The notes under the pieces were generated by a model. The model saw nothing but the letters and a program-made list of their open reading frames with translations. It did no database searches and had not been told where the DNA came from. The position numbers and the translations under genes are program-made. Of a stretch of DNA of 64,000 nucleotides, positions 30,545-44,545 are shown one piece after another; positions within the stretch are counted from its first letter, which is position 1; every line of letters starts with the position of its first letter. Source of the stretch: the human T2T-CHM13v2.0 reference genome, Homo sapiens; the NCBI RefSeq assembly GCF_009914755.1, contig NC_060928.1. One strand, written 5' to 3'.

Positions 30545-31266
30545 AGAAGCATACCTTTTAATATGAAGTCTCTATATGCTTCCAAATACATTCAGATAAG
30601 TAACTTGCTTAGAGCAATATAGCAATTCCAGAACAGGTTAGGCAAACATGTCCTATTTTAATTTGCTAGAAGTACAGGCAGCTGGACTCTATTCTCTTCC
30701 AAGCCTTTTGTATTACATGACTATATGACTAAAAGTAGTTCTATTTTTATAGAAATAGCAGGGATAAAATCTTCTTAATGGTGGGCAGATAACTAGTTTA
30801 AAGGCAAGCCTATTGTTTACATCTGTGACACTTTAGGCCTTAGAGGCTATATAACATTTTAATAAAAATCATCACCCAAACTCCAATTCGCTCAAACTCT
30901 TGAGTGCAACAAGTCAAAACAGACAAATAGCCTCAATGTAGTATCTTCAGTCATTTTTCCTTCTGTATTATTCGTTAGCAATGTCCACTGCTGAGCAGGA
31001 TTTATAAGGAGAAACAGAATTATTCTAGCACCAGAAGAAGCCACCTTGGTTGTCTTTGTAATGAATGAATTAGATTCTAAAACATACATATCTACCATTT
31101 ATCATGAAAGGTAACACTCAAATAAAAAAATCCTTTTTTTTCCCCTTCAGCTACTTTAGTATGTAATATTAACTTTCTTCCTCAACCCCCTAGCTCATAT
31201 AATCATACTCACATCCTTTCATTCATTTCATTACAGACGGGAAGGAACTAACATATTCAAGCTTAC

Positions 31267-31444
31267 TTCTGGCTGTGTCACTGACCCAACAGAGGCCAGT
31301 AGGTCCAGCATGGCAAGCATGGCTCCAGGATGAATGATGACTGCATCAGAACTCTGCAGAGATGAAGTTGTCACATGTAGTTTCAGGTCGGCAACATTTT
31401 TAGGAGGGTAAACAGGGGGAGTTGAAACAGAATGATATGCATGC
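31267..31444 (-). CDS. WDFY3: WDFY3 coding exon (HAYHSVSTPP...VTQPE), 178 nt, phase 2->0
   Basis: tttatag|GCATG acceptor, GAA|gtaagc donor. Confidence 0.93.
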
Positions 31445-32919
31445 CTATAAAAAAAGAAAGAGTAAATTTGGTATTGAATTCCAATCACATTCTCTTCCTC
31501 TTCAGTTACTTTCATCCACTGATAACCAAAAAGCCTTGTTAGAAAACACCTTAAGGTTGGGATAGAAAAAAAGGAATATATTATCAACTCGAGTTGATAT
31601 GTGTGTGTGTCCGCATGTGTGTGGGTGGGTGTGTGCAGACCATGTAACTATCCATTATTCATAGCCTTTATATGATTTTTACTTTTACTGATTTACTATA
31701 TGGATTGTTTGATTAAAAAATGACACCTGTACCACAAGATGTAAAGAACAAGTACAATCACAGTGATTCAAAGCTCTAGAAGATGACAGTTCCAATAATA
31801 CGTGATGAGAGATCAAATTAAATTAATTCCCTCAGTGAGATTTTATCTTTTGAAATTACCTATATGTGTTTTAACCTTTCCTTAGTGCATGAGTAACACA
31901 ATCAACAACTAACTGGGTCAGCTGAGTCAGGGTTGTCTCAGAGTCTAAGCTATCCAAGAATAAATATATTTGGCATTGTGGGAGTTTTCCTTTAGCTTAT
32001 TTGGAACTACTTTCATCTTCTGCATCTATCCTCATTATCACTGAAAATATTCATTGCAACTTTTAAAAACTTGAAAGCAATTTACAGAAAAAGTTTCTAT
32101 GAATTAGAAAGCCCAGCCATGTCCTGAATGTACACATTTCTTCTCATCAATGATCTCTACTTTCTATTTCATACTACTCATCTACAATTCATGAATTTTG
32201 CACATTTTGCATCTTGGCACTAAGAAACAGATGCTTGTGGCTTCAGCCTATGGGAACTCTTTGTTCCAATGAGTTGGTCTCAGCATAATTTGCCTAATGC
32301 TGAGCTCTGTCACAGAGAGCAATGCAGTTTTAGCTCTCTGGGACAAGAGCAGCTTGGGAAACAGATGCTTTACGTCACTGATTTAGTAGCAAAGAATTGG
32401 CACTGCCGTGGTTTAAAAAAAATACCGTTCTCTTTTTAACAGGGATTCTAGGAAAATGTTCCGCTTTACTTATAAAAAGGCACACAGGCTCTCCTAGTTT
32501 ATTTAAAAGGCAGCATGTCCTTTACCCATTCATGTTTTCACTCCCTGTATTCTGCCATTTTTCATTCAAAAAGATTTAATTTCTAAACTTACTAAGAAAA
32601 ATATTCAAAATGTGTATTACCAACAGTTATCCTCCTCCTATATTGCTCCCTTTATTCTTTTAAATATTTTGATCCATCTAGAAAAAAGATTCATAATTTA
32701 TCTAGCATGTATCAGAAATAACCACTGAATTCCAAAATTTCATTAAACATGTTTTCATTGCATATACACACATACGCATAGATTCTAATTGTCTTATTTT
32801 AGTTATAGGCCTTCCAAAATCATTTCTAAATTGACAGATTTGATGAGATTTGGATTTAAATTACTGATACACTCAGGAAGAAATCTTTACATCTTTGGAC
32901 ACTGAACTCTTTACTAACA

Positions 32920-33279
32920 CAGGTTGAGTACCCCTAATCCAAAAATCTGAAATCTGAAATGCTCCAAAATCCAAAACTTTTTAAGCACCCACATGACGCC
33001 ATAAGTAGAAAATTTCACATCTGACCTTATATGATGGATCAGAGTCAAAACACAGTCAAAACTTTGTTTCATGTACAAAATTATTAAAAATATTACATAA
33101 AATTATCTTCTGGCTACTTGTATAAGATGTATATGCAACATAAGTAAATTATGTGTCTGGACTTGGGTCCCATACTCAAGATATCTCATTATATATATTG
33201 CAAATATTACAAAATCCAAAAAAGTGGAAATTAAAACAATTCTGGTCCCAAGTATTTTGGATAAGAAATACTCAACCTG
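32920..33279 (+). mobile_element. Tigger4/MER46 (Zombi)-type TcMar DNA transposon
   Basis: TIRs caggttgagta / tactcaacctg, followed by TA. Confidence 0.85.
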
Positions 33280-34595
33280 TATATAATTATTACAGTAGTA
33301 CATTTTTTATCTTATATAAGAAAGCAATATTCTGAAAAAGGAATTACATTCATTGTTTTCAAACCAGAAAAATATTGCAAACATTGCTGATATCTAAAAC
33401 ACGGTATTTATTAACTAAAATTAGGTGTATTACAACAGGCATTATACAAAATTAATTCTGATTAAATCACCTAGGTATCACCACAGGTATCACCTTTTAA
33501 ATTTTGGAATTATGGTAAGCTTATTAAATGGCTAATTCCCAAGCAAGAACTAACCATTTGCAAAGATAGGATAAAATTACATTTCATAATTTGGTTGCTA
33601 TTTAATATTTTGACCTAAATTCTCATATATATTTAAGATTCATCTACCTCTTTTGGGAATACATAATATTTAAATTCTGAATCTGCTTTGCTTAACTTAT
33701 CATCAGGTATGTAGAGGCACTAAGTAATGGATCCCATGTTTGAAGAATAACAAGTACTTGCCACCTTTTGTTCCATTGCAGTTATATTCTGTAGAGTTCT
33801 GATTATTATTTTGTATTCACTTCTTCTAACTCTGATTGAACACTGTTCAGCTATAATTCTGTTCTATTATTCCTTCTGAATAATCAACAATGAAAAAGGT
33901 TTTGAGTTTTAGTTTTCCAAATATAAAGTCAGCTAGTTCATTTTCCCCCAATCCTTAAAATAATTAGAGAAGAATCTCCTGGATACTACATGTCAGACAA
34001 GTATCACAACCTCAAAACGTCCTTAGCATCTGAGAGTGTTCCACAAGCCATAAAAACACAGTCAAATTTTGGTTTCTCCTTTTGCCAACAAAACAGTATG
34101 TTTTGCTACAAGAAAAAGATGTCTATAAGCTGATGTAATTTGTTGAGAGGTTCTAGAAACAGTGTGACTTAAATTCTAATTTCAAGTCACTAGACTTGAA
34201 TTTGTGAAGTAAAAAACATAATATTCTTTACTAGCTTATGATTCTTACCATTGAGCAAAATGTATGCAAGCTGAATAGAATGGCAACCTGAAAATGTCAA
34301 CAATCATCTTAGTATTAGCATGAACAGTATCAGGGACTTTCTGTCCTTGGGGTAATGTCAACTTGTAAGACTCATGGAGAATTCACACGGATTAGGGCTC
34401 AATCAACTAGCTATACTGATTTAGTGACAGTTTTCCCTTAAGTCAAAGACCTGGTTATCTCTACATGGAGCTACACTGTAAATGATGACAATATGTTTTT
34501 GATTTAAGGCCATAAGTAACTCTTTAAGAATAAAAAGAGAATGCTGTTTTCCCTTTGTCAAATTACCATTTCAATAAATAGAAAGTTCTGATGTA

Positions 34596-34886
34596 TTTTT
34601 GGAAATGGAGTCTCGCTCTGTAGTCTAGGCTGGAGTGCAGTGCGGTGATCTCGGCTCACTGCAACCTCCGCCTCCTTCGTTCATGCAGTTCTCCTGACTC
34701 AGCTCCTGAGTAGCTGGGATTACAGGTGCACGCTGCCATGCCCGGCCAATTTTTTTTTTTGTATTTTAGTAGAGATGGGGTTTCACCGTGTTGCCAGGCT
34801 GGTCTTAAACTCCTGACCTCAGGCAATCCACCCGCCTTGGCCTCCCAAAGTGCTAGGATTACAGGTGCGAGCCACCGCACCTGGCC
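34596..34886 (-). mobile_element. AluS with TSD CTGATGTATTTTT
   Basis: Alu dimer; flanking direct repeats. Confidence 0.9.
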
Positions 34887-36310
34887 CTGATGTATTTTTT
34901 TAAGTATCCTTTTAATCTGTGTATTTTTATTTTGTGGCATTTGGTTAATACTTAAAAAGGACTAAATGTTTTTAAACAGCAAATTTTAAGGCTTTACTCA
35001 TTTATGATATAATCACCATATTTTTAAATTGTGATTTTTAGTAATTTAAACTACTAATTGAAATTATTTCTCTAATATTCAACAATTCCTTGGGCTCATG
35101 AACAAACATAAATTTTCAAACACACACATTTTTTACCTCGACCATTTTAGCAACAGAAAAATACACGATATCAACTCAAATTTATCTAGTTTATCATTCC
35201 TTGAATTAGGAACAGCTTTTTTAAAAAAAGAAATTGCAGTTTTTAAGCACAAATATACTGAACAATCCTATATTCATTTAAGACTATTCTGAACCATGCC
35301 ATAGTTTGTTGTGCAAAGTAAGCTATAAGTGTAAATTTAAGAGAAAAATGAAATTACATCTTTTCATATACCTAATATTACTATGCAAATATGTTGAAAT
35401 ACTGAATCCGTAACAAATACTTTTGATGTACTAACTCCAACTATCTTCAAGTTTCAAAATCTGAACAACAGTAATAAGATTAAAACAACAATATAGCAGA
35501 ACCTTGGGATTCATTTTTTAAAAGCCTCAATGAAAGAATATTAATGTAAGAGTTAAGGACTTATTTTTGGTTATGAGGAAAACAGGAAAAGTAATGAAGT
35601 ATTTGGGGCCAACTGCAGACCATGATCATTTTATGTGCAGGTTGCATCAATCAACTGTAGTTTTTAAAAAACTGAGTAGAATTTTTTTAAAGGTAGTTTT
35701 AAAAAGATCAACTAGATCAGCTTAGAGATTTACAGAGCACTGATCAAAGTAAGTATTGGGGTGGGTTTTTTACTAACTTTTTCAAAGCTTAGCTGTGAGC
35801 ATTTTTCATAACAGCAACATACTTCAATTGGTTGAATCTGATGGAGAAAATACACAGTTCCTTTCAGTGCTATGAAATTCATTTTGGAATAACAGTAAAA
35901 ACCAACAAATGATCCCAACGTTTAAAGTAAAAAATAAAAAAAAAATGAAAAATAAAAAAAGTGGAAAAGTATTCTACTTAGAGACATTAAGTCCACATTT
36001 CTAACTTATTTTTAATAAAAGACATGTTTTTTCTATAACAAAAATGTGTAGTTTAGTTATGAAAACAGTTGGATGACAAAATTATATATGTCCTTCATAG
36101 TTTCATAGCATCAACACATTTTACTCTCATGAAAAACTGATATCTTTAAAATCTAAAAACACCCCCCAAAACCCCAAAAGTAAAAACAAAACAAAACAAA
36201 ACAAAAAAAAACTGAAATCACAAAACACAATCAACATGTTAACATAAATAAGCACAGAAAAAAAGGAACCCCACACAAATAGAGACTGACTTCTCTTATA
36301 TGATCAGTAC

Positions 36311-36394
36311 CTTTTCCTGGACAAAGCTGGTGTACCCCAAGGAGAGGGGAGAGAAGACTCACTTGTCAGGCAAGGAGGGATCTGTTCTGCACGA
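36311..36394 (-). CDS. WDFY3: WDFY3 coding exon (SRAEQIPPCLTSESSLPSPWGTPALSRKR), 84 nt, symmetric phase 2->2
   Basis: gtctgtag|TCGTG acceptor, AAAG|gtactg donor; open frame; GC-richer than its flanks. Confidence 0.82.
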
Positions 36395-37863
36395 CTACAG
36401 ACAACAAAACAGACAGGGTGGTTTAGAGAGGTTAGAAGAAGAGAACACCAGGTTGGCAGTTGGTTAGTTTCACAAGAAATGCCAGTAAAAGTTTAATAAG
36501 GAACATCTTCCATATTCAGCAGGAACAAGGAACAAGACTACAACACAAGCACTGAATGAAACAGAAAAGCATGCTCACGGCAGATGCTTATTCCATTCAT
36601 GTTAACATTTAACACATCTGTTAAACAGGGTGCTCTAAGCCCTATTTTTGACAGTGACTAAAAATGATGTATTCTAACTAGGATAAGTAGAAATCAAGGG
36701 AAAAGAGGTTGAATCTGAATACACAAATTTATATAGCTCATTCCTAGAACACTACACTGTCCTGTGTTTTCGATAAATTAACTATACATATGCATTTTAC
36801 TTCAAGATAGGGAAAAGCAGAAGTTTAATGATTTTTTTTTTTACAATTGTTGTCAAAGCTGTTTGGATTTTTAAATGTAAATACTGAGGACTAAGAAATC
36901 TTGTTAAGAAGCAGGAAATATCTCAGTTGATACTTCAAAGCAGATATTCCACAGAAAAGGACACAAAACCTATTACAAGCTCTATCCAATGTAGTTACAT
37001 GGTCTATTGATGAGGGCAGTTCATTTATTTTATGTAGTAAAACTATGGTAAGTTAAAAGCAATAACACTTGGGGCATAAATTAGAAGTATTATTTTCAAA
37101 GTGACATCTTCATTGAAAACACAGTTGAAGCACTGAAAATAAGTGATCTAGATGAAGTGGCTCTCCTACAATCTGCCTGAGAACCCTGGATTCCCCCACT
37201 GTAGAATGTGTCACACTATATGTAATTGTTTATTTATGTGTCTACATTTTAGCTAAAAGATAGCAAGGACCAAGACAGCCCTGTGTAGAGCTGAATCCTC
37301 AATGCCTAGCACAGTGACTTGGCATGCAGCAGCTTTTTGTTAAGTACTTATTTCATGAAGGAATGAGTAAATATTGAGTCTGATGGCCTCTTGAACTTGA
37401 CGGTTCAAGACACTGACACCTCTCTTTGGGAACTATATCATTTTTTGAGGAGTATGATATGTGGAGAATGATGGAGTACGTGTCTGGAAATAAGAATAAT
37501 CATAATGATGTTCTATTGATAACACATATCAATAAGTCCAGATGCACCTTTTGAGGCTAAAAAGAAAAAAAACAACAGTAAACACTATCATTAAAGGAAA
37601 CTTCATAGAAACTGTTCCAATAACTGCAATGAGAACTAATTGAACCTGAATTTACAAATAGTACACAGGCTTCCATGCTAAAAAAAAAAAAAAACAATAC
37701 CAGAGCAAGAGTAATATTCAAAAATAAAGTGATACACTTCAAACAAATAGGAGAAGAGTCATCTGTTTTCATATTCTTTTGGATTAACTCATAATTCAAG
37801 TCTTAATGTTGAAGTCATGCTTAGTATACACCCTTTAATTCAGAGGACAGAGCAGAGCCATAC

Positions 37864-38321
37864 CTGTCAAAAGAATCTGTGGCTACTTTGTAAAGATAAA
37901 TAAAAAGTTTACTGCAGTGCCGTAACGTGGGTGACACTGATTCTATTGAGATTACATCTTCCTCTAAAAGTCTTTGAAATGGCTGTGTATTTGAGGGGAA
38001 GACATTCATGGCGCTTATTTTTCTTAGGTCTGAGAAGCAGCCAAGAAATCGAACAGCATCTGCCAACTTCTCATACTGAATCTCTGTTTTGAAGAAATGA
38101 GAGTTGGCTGGCTCATAGCGCATTGCTGCAGTCAACGTGCAGAACACAGTGTGAAGAAGTTCAAACACTTGATTCTGGTTCACTTTCTCCCAGCCATTCT
38201 TGGGTGGACAGCTCAAAGATCTTTCCATAGCAACGAGCAAGGATGTAATGTACACAAATCCTCCAACTTTCCTAAAAACTGTTCTTGAACGATGGCTTTC
38301 TCGAAGGACCGACAGGAGGGC
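37864..38321 (-). CDS. WDFY3: WDFY3 coding exon (ALLSVLRESH...ATDSFD), 458 nt, phase 0->2
   Basis: cctgtag|GCCCTC acceptor, ACAG|gtatgg donor; overlaps ORF 37821..38255. Confidence 0.93.
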
Positions 38322-38920
38322 CTACAGGAGACAAAAGAAAAAACAAATGAAAATACACATAATTCAAAAAAAAAAAAAAACCACTATGCATGTATATGGA
38401 GGTTGTACATTCTGTGAATCTGACATGTTTTTATCATTTACCCAATAAACGGTCCTATAAAGCATATCAAATAGTTTGCTAATTAAAAAAGCCACATTAA
38501 ATGCTGAAGGTAATTTTAGGAAACACTATCACATATTTCTTTGATAGAATAAAGCTACATCCAAATATTGGCTGAAAAGCTTTTCCAGAGTCTTTAACTG
38601 ATTATGACATCAATGAATTCAGTGACTTTACAAAGTAAGTAAAATATATCTTCTAGTCTAGTTTTACACAATCATGAGAACTTATGACTGTGTGTATACA
38701 AACTGATTAATTCTAGAAGGGATCACAGAGATGGTCAGAGCAGCCAAGATCTGAGGTCTTTTGTCTCACATAAAGTGACCATATTCATGCTTTAGAAAGC
38801 AGATTCACTTTAGAAGACTTATTAAACATTCTCTTTTGCAAAATGAACTGAAGCCTAAGGGTTGAAAGTATGGCTTTTCCCAAAACAGCTGTAAGCTTTA
38901 AAAAAGAAAACATGAAGTAA

Positions 38921-39550
<630 letters not shown>

Positions 39551-39761
39551 GACATTATGCCCCAAACAGCAAGCTGAAATCTTTTTCATGGATACAGTGG
39601 GCTCCTTTGCCCTCTGTTTCATTAATTGTAGCACAATGGGTATCTACTATTACTTAAGATATAATTTCTAATCTGTCCAATCATCGCATTTGAAAAAGTC
39701 ATTTTTTTTTAAAAGATCTCACACATTTCTAATGGTATCTGAAGAATGAAAAGGCTACATA

Positions 39762-40043
39762 CAGGTTGAATATCCATTATTTAAAGTGTTTGGCACCAGA
39801 AAGGTTTCGGATTTTGGAATATTTGCACATATACAGTAAGTTATCTAAACATAAAATTCATGTATGTTTCATATATACCTTATACACATAGCCTGAAGGT
39901 AATTTTATACAATATTTTAAATAATTTTGCTCATGCAACTTTACCATCACATGAGGTCAGGTGTGGAATTTTCCACTTGTCAGCACTCAAAAAGATTGCA
40001 GCATTTTGAATTTCAGGTTTTTGGATGAGGGATGCTCAACCTG
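39762..40043 (-). mobile_element. Tigger4/MER46-type DNA transposon, opposite orientation to the 32920 copy
   Basis: TA-flanked TIRs caggttga / tcaacctg. Confidence 0.8.
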
Positions 40044-41047
40044 TATTAATATATTAGTCACCTTTTGACATATACTGTTTCAGAAGTTATGAAGATTTCA
40101 TTGTTCACACCTATTCCTTAATATTTTAAAAGACAGAAAATATGCAATCTGTATGTAAATAAAATATAAAAACAATGTTTCTTCCAATAGTCTTCAATCA
40201 ATAAATTTACATTTTAGTATCTGGTAACAATATAGTTAGTTTCCCTATCTTGTCAAATTTAATAAACTATATGAATACTTAAAATATTTCATATTAACAA
40301 AAGACTTAACACAGACATGTATGCGCATGCACGCACACACACACACATACACTCCTTATAACACAGGCTGAAGATGGCTGAACTCAGGATGCTTGGGGTC
40401 ATATTCTGACTCCAACATTAAAAAGTATTTAACCATCCCAGTTACTTAACCTTTCTGTGTCACAGTTCCCTCTTATGTAAAATGGAAACAACAATAACTA
40501 ACCTCAAAGGAAATACATGTAAGAACCCTTAGAGAAGTGCCCGGCATATAAGCCTATCACTATCATCAATTTTCAAAAACATACTGGGAGAAAAATATGA
40601 CAAGTATTATTTTATAGATGAGGAGGGGTGAGTTCAAAGTTAAAGTAACATGTACAAAATGCTATCACTGGTTAGAATTATGACTGAGGTTAGAAAAACT
40701 GCTGCTTACGAATCTTAGTCCAATAATTTATATTATGTACTTCTGGACAGGCCCACCTCCTACTTCCTCAAAACTGGTATCTGTTGTTGCTCTGACATTA
40801 TCCCAAGCACAATCTCAGTATTCGAAAAATTTCAAATACCATGAATAATGTAACTTCCCACTTACATCAATAAATGATGACAAGTAGCAAACACCAAAGC
40901 TGCAATGAGATCTGGAGGCTGCTTGGTTAATTAGACAAAATCAGCTATATATTACTTATATTTGCATAAATACAATTCATACAATTCAAATTTGTGCATC
41001 AGGAGAATTTCCATGACATGTCATGGAATGTCAGGTTTGTGTATAAA

Positions 41048-41163
41048 TAATTACAAATTAAATGACATAGTTCTGTGGTATATGTCAGTTGAATGGAGGC
41101 ACTATGTAATTACAAATTAAATTACATAGGTCTGTGGTATATGTCAGTTGAATGGAGGCACTA
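41048..41163. repeat. Tandem duplication, 59-bp unit, about 2 copies
   Basis: taattacaaattaaat...gaatggaggcacta at 41048 and 41107; 2 mismatches. Confidence 0.95.
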
Positions 41164-41261
41164 AGAAGCAATTCTGAATGAAGTAAAAATGGAAATTGAA
41201 ACTGAGAACCCACATTTTCCCTATTGGCTCTCAGCGCTACTTTTTCCCTTCAAAGCAGAAT

Positions 41262-41655
41262 GCCAGAGCTAGCTCATACCGGCTCTCAAGAGGTCAAGTG
41301 CCATATTTTCAGGAATTTTGTAAGTCAGTTGTTAAACGTACAATCATAATTAAAAATTAAGTAACAAATTTACAACTAAGTATTTTACAGACAAAATACT
41401 CAAAACTCATCAGTTTCTAATTATTTTCTGAATTTTACTATTATCTATGCTTTTACGTATCTGCATGAGGAAATGCTATATAATGGTGTACTACTGTGCA
41501 ACTCTTTCCAATCCACATTCAGTGGCACATTAGTTGACTGAATAGGCCACAATGTGAGTATTTATACCCTGGAAATCAGTAAATGCAAAATATCATGACT
41601 CTCTCCTGCCCTCTTCCAGCCTGAGAATCAGTTACTAACATTAACCAGAACACTG
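41262..41655. mobile_element. MER63-like hAT-Blackjack DNA transposon; approximate limits
   Basis: gagctagctcataccggctctcaagag...tcaggaattttg...gagaatcagttactaacattaaccag. Confidence 0.6.
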
Positions 41656-42074
41656 CCTCAAAATTACGGGTCAGCCAATTACTTCTTGTTGGCTTTACTT
41701 ACCAATATTTAAAAAATCCAATTAATAAGGTACCAAAAGAGGAGAAAATGGTATGTTAAAAAAAAGTTGGCAACCTTAGCATCTTTTGAAGCCATCTATG
41801 TTCTCCCAACAATTCCTTCAAATATAAAATGTTCTTCAAATATCGACACTCATGTGGATATCCTTTTTGTCTAACAGATAAATTGCGGTGAGATTAATCT
41901 TGCTTTTAAGATGCATATTCAAAATTGTCATTATACACCATCAAAACATGATGAAATATATGACAGCATAAGGAAAGAAATGCTATTTTTTCATTACCAA
42001 TGAAACATTTAATTGAATAAAAGTAAAAGAAAATAGAAGTAATAACTACTAATGTCTGTGGCTGGAATGGGGTA

Positions 42075-43096
42075 TGTAGGAAACTAGTATATGCCACCCC
42101 AAAATACGCCACTATGGCATAAGGATTATTTTCAGTTGAAGGCAATTGGGAAGAAGTAGATATAAGAAAACTCTCTGCCATCCCCTATTTGATGAAGTCA
42201 GACCCTTCCCAGCCTGGAGACAGCAAAGAAATGCACACAACAAACTACCAACTATTCTTTATCTACCATTTATTTGCCTTCCCACAAGTTGATATCCCTA
42301 GAGTCCGTTTCCTTTATGTCATCATTTCTCTAAAAATGTACTGTTCTTTGCGGAGAATGCTATACAGTGGTCCCCCTTCTCTGCAGTTTTGCTTTCCTTC
42401 GTTTTAGTTACCTGTGCTCAAACTTGGCCTAAAAATATTGAATGAAAAATACCAGAAACAACAATTCAAAAGTCTTAAATTGTGTATTGTTCAGAGTAAC
42501 ATGATGAAATCTCACACTGCCCCACACCACTGTGACTCATCCCTGTGTCCAGTGTACATATGCTGCAAAAGCCACCTGCCTGTTAGTCACTGAGCAGAGT
42601 CTCGGTTATCAGAGCAACTGTGGAGGTTTCCCAGTCCCTGTGTTCAAGTAACCCTTATTTTACTTAATAGTGGTCCCAAAGCACAAGAGTAGTGACACTG
42701 GCATATTGTTATAATTATTCTATCTTATTATTGGTTATTGTTGTTAATCTCTTACTGTGCCTAATTTATAAATTAAATGTTATCACAGGTATGAATATAC
42801 ACAGGAAAAAAACATAGTATATATAGCATTCCATACTATCTGCAGTTTCAGGCATTTCTGGGGGGTCTTAGAATGTATTCCCCCGAAGATATGGGGGGAC
42901 TACCATACAAAATGGAGTTCTAAGCCACCTCTTTGAGAATTAGTTATCTTTCCCTGGTTGTTTCCCACGCACATATGAGGTAGACATGTTAATAAACTTG
43001 TTTGTTTTTCTCTTGTTAATTTGTCTTTTGTAACACTGGTCTGTCCTAGTTAAGAACTCAGCAGGTAGAGGAAAAATAATGTTTTTCTCATCTACA
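42075..43096 (+). mobile_element. MER34-like ERV1 solo LTR, interrupted by MER44
   Basis: TG...CA ends; atatgccaccccaaaatacgccactatggcataaggattatttt 5' signature; AATAAA at about 42991; ggta/ggtg 4-bp TSD. Confidence 0.75.
42365..42905 (+). mobile_element. MER44 (Tigger7-derived) DNA transposon nested in the LTR
   Basis: TA-flanked cagtggtcccc...ggggggacta ends; attgttgttaatctcttactgtgcctaatttataaatt internal motif. Confidence 0.8.
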
Positions 43097-43269
43097 GGTG
43101 AGAGTACTAGTAGAGGAAGTGAAAGGAGATGGAGATCGGGTCACAAGGGCCTTGGAAGCAAGGTTAAACACACTGGTTTGTCTGTTATTATTTTAATGTC
43201 ATTTTAGACTTGAAGAAAAACTGCATAAATAGTTCAAAGAATTCACAGATATCCTTCATTCAGATTCTT

Positions 43270-44160
43270 GAAAAATTACCATTTTACTTAATTTCTCTCT
43301 TTCTCCCCTTCCCTTTTCCCCTAAAAGCTTCAGTGTTTTTCAAAAAAAGGAATTCTCTTACTACTCACAGTACAATGCTCAAAATCAGAGAACTAACGTT
43401 CAAACAATACAATTATTTTATCTACAGACCTTGTGTTTTTTCCAAATCCCAATAATATCCTCCATAGCAAAGGAAAATACAAGTTCATGTACTATATTCA
43501 GTAGTCACTTCAACCTCTACTTTTTGGAACAGTTCCTACGTCATTTTTAATTTCATTTCATCTCCTTTTTCTAAGAGTTTAGGCCAATTATTTCATAGAA
43601 AGTCCTCCAATTAGGATTTATCTGATGTTTTCTAATAATCAGATTCATATTATATACTTTTGGGAGGAAAAAGTACAAAAATGAGCTGAATTTTTCTCAG
43701 TGCTTCCTATCAGGAGGTGTATGCTATTCATCTGTCCATCACTGGCAAAGTTAATGCTGATCATTTAGTTACGGTAGGGTCCATTGTAAAGCTAATATTT
43801 TAGCACTCGAAATTAAGAAATATCTTTTAAGGATAAAATTTAAGAGTACGCAAAAATCCTTTCACTTCTAAAACTTTCATCTACTATCTTTAGTATCCAG
43901 TGATGAATTTTACTTGAATCAATTATTACTACGATAGTTCATAAATTGTGATTTTCTTTGACTTTTGACTATAAGTAAGAGTTTTTCCTCTTCTCTATTT
44001 GTTTGATTGTACTTACTTAATTGCTTATTTTCTTTGATCTCTTCTTTACTTTTTCAAGGCTAACTGAAATGTTTTAGGCTCATTTTGTTTCTTTCTCTGC
44101 CCTCGTCCTGGAATCAAGGAGGCCTGAATCCTTACAACGGAAAATTGTATTTAGAAACCT
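43270..44160 (-). mobile_element. Old L1M 3' fragment; approximate limits
   Basis: tccaattaggatttatctgatgttttct; ctggaatcaagga...gtatttagaaacc motifs. Confidence 0.55.
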
Positions 44161-44309
44161 TGCATCAATCAATAAATTAAAGAACATAAATTTTAATGGA
44201 CTTCTTTCACTTTACTCAGATATTATTTAAATACAAGAGCAGGTTTTTAGTCACAGAAAGAGAAGGCTATGTCTCTTTTTATTAAAACAACTATTATTCA
44301 CAGCAGATA

Positions 44310-44545
44310 AGCTGAAAGCACAGCTTTACAAAGAGACTACATGGGTTCAGATCTAGACTCCTCTACCTACTAGACAGACATATAGAACTTGGGAAAATAT
44401 TTCAACCAGTCTGTGTTTCAGTTTACAGTATGTAAAGCAGGGACACTAATAGTATTTATTTTTATCATAAGGATTAAATAAGTAGATGCAGATAAATGCA
44501 TACAACAGTACTAATAGAAAGCAGTCAATAAATGTTAGCTACTAT
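44310..44545 (+). mobile_element. MIR
   Basis: gggttcagatctagactc...ctgtgtttcagttt...tcaataaatgttagctactatt. Confidence 0.7.

Noticed and set aside
38097-38448. + strand ORFs overlapping WDFY3 exons (also 8102, 15524, 54848, 781)
   Set aside because: Antisense shadow frames of coding exons or low-complexity sequence, with no recognisable protein features
41048-41163. Direct repeats (also 26105-26484 and 53674-53747) considered as a CRISPR-like array
   Set aside because: Only two copies each, no unique spacers of constant length, eukaryotic intron, no cas genes
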